From: Takakia lepidozioides
Lineage: Eukaryota; Plantae; Bryophyta
DNA: 64,000 nt
Assembly (NCBI GenBank): GCA_030704615.1
Contig: CM060733.1
Coordinates: 57,660,001 to 57,724,000 of the forward strand
Direction: 5' to 3'
The notes under the pieces were generated by a model. That model saw nothing but the letters and a program-made list of their open reading frames with translations, ran no database searches and was not told where the DNA came from. This document shows positions 63,394 to 64,000 of this stretch, piece by piece. The first letter of the stretch is position 1. Every line of letters starts with the position of its first letter. The translations under genes and the position numbers were made by a program.

Positions 63394-64000
63394 GGTGATG
63401 TGGATGCCATGTTTGAGCACTGCGTGATGTATCGCCTTACGATTTTTTAAATTGGCAGCACTGGGGGGAGACAATGACATGGGATGCTCCAAGAGAGATG
63501 CACGCCTTGGATGCGAAGACGTTAACTAGGGTTAAAGATCCGGTGACATCCAACTGGGAAATAACCGTGCGTGCTAGAGGCATACGGGATCCAATTCAAA
63601 GGGAGTTTTTTTGCCGGAACTTGGGAGGGCATTGGAGCTGTACCAGACAAAGATTCTTCCGACTGCCTGAGGATCCGTGGGTGCCAGCGGAAAACGACCC
63701 ATACAATCGCGAACCGATTGGGAGAGACCTATTTCTGAGGGAGTTGGAGGCCGCTAGCATCCGTTGGGAGGATATGAATGAGATGTACTGGGTGCCTCGT
63801 CGGGATGAAAGGCCATTTCTTCTAGAGTTGCGCAGAGACCCCCAGCAGGAGGAGGTGTTGAACAATTTCAAGGCTGTCATCACGAGTGTTGTAAAGTATT
63901 GGCAGAACACATGGCATGACCAAGTTGCCCCTATTCCAGGGGTGTTCTTGTCACTTCCAAACATATCGGATTTAATTGAAAAATTGCATGTCGTCGTAGC

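Overview
Eukaryotic nuclear DNA (GT-AG introns), probably from a non-seed land plant (inferred from the RDR-gamma gene, the Gypsy type and an organellar-style tRNA-Arg(ACG) fragment). Bases 1-6936 hold the 5' part of an RDR3/4/5-like RNA-dependent RNA polymerase gene on the minus strand, with many small retro-insertions in its introns. The rest is a nest of transposons: a truncated Ty3/Gypsy integrase with a PHD finger plus LTR, LINE fragments, a large CACTA element with an internal inversion, a nested non-autonomous CACTA, FCP1-like phosphatase pseudogenes and a Gypsy RT/RNase H remnant. The main finding is an 11.5-kb Mutator-like element (32170-43651) with a perfect 9-bp TSD (GTATTCCCA) and imperfect TIRs, inserted into a CACTA transposase gene. 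It carries a GCM-like Zn/DDE/SWIM transposase and, divergently, a spliced gene for a ParB/Srx-like domain fused to a beta-class N6-A/N4-C DNA methyltransferase, preceded by an array of palindromes. A second, much diverged copy of the same gene pair (15828-27604) also has a palindrome array directly upstream of its ParB gene, with the same T[GC]CG-N4-CG[CG]A core. Both copies carry inactivating lesions. All domain calls come from motif recognition by eye; no searches were run.
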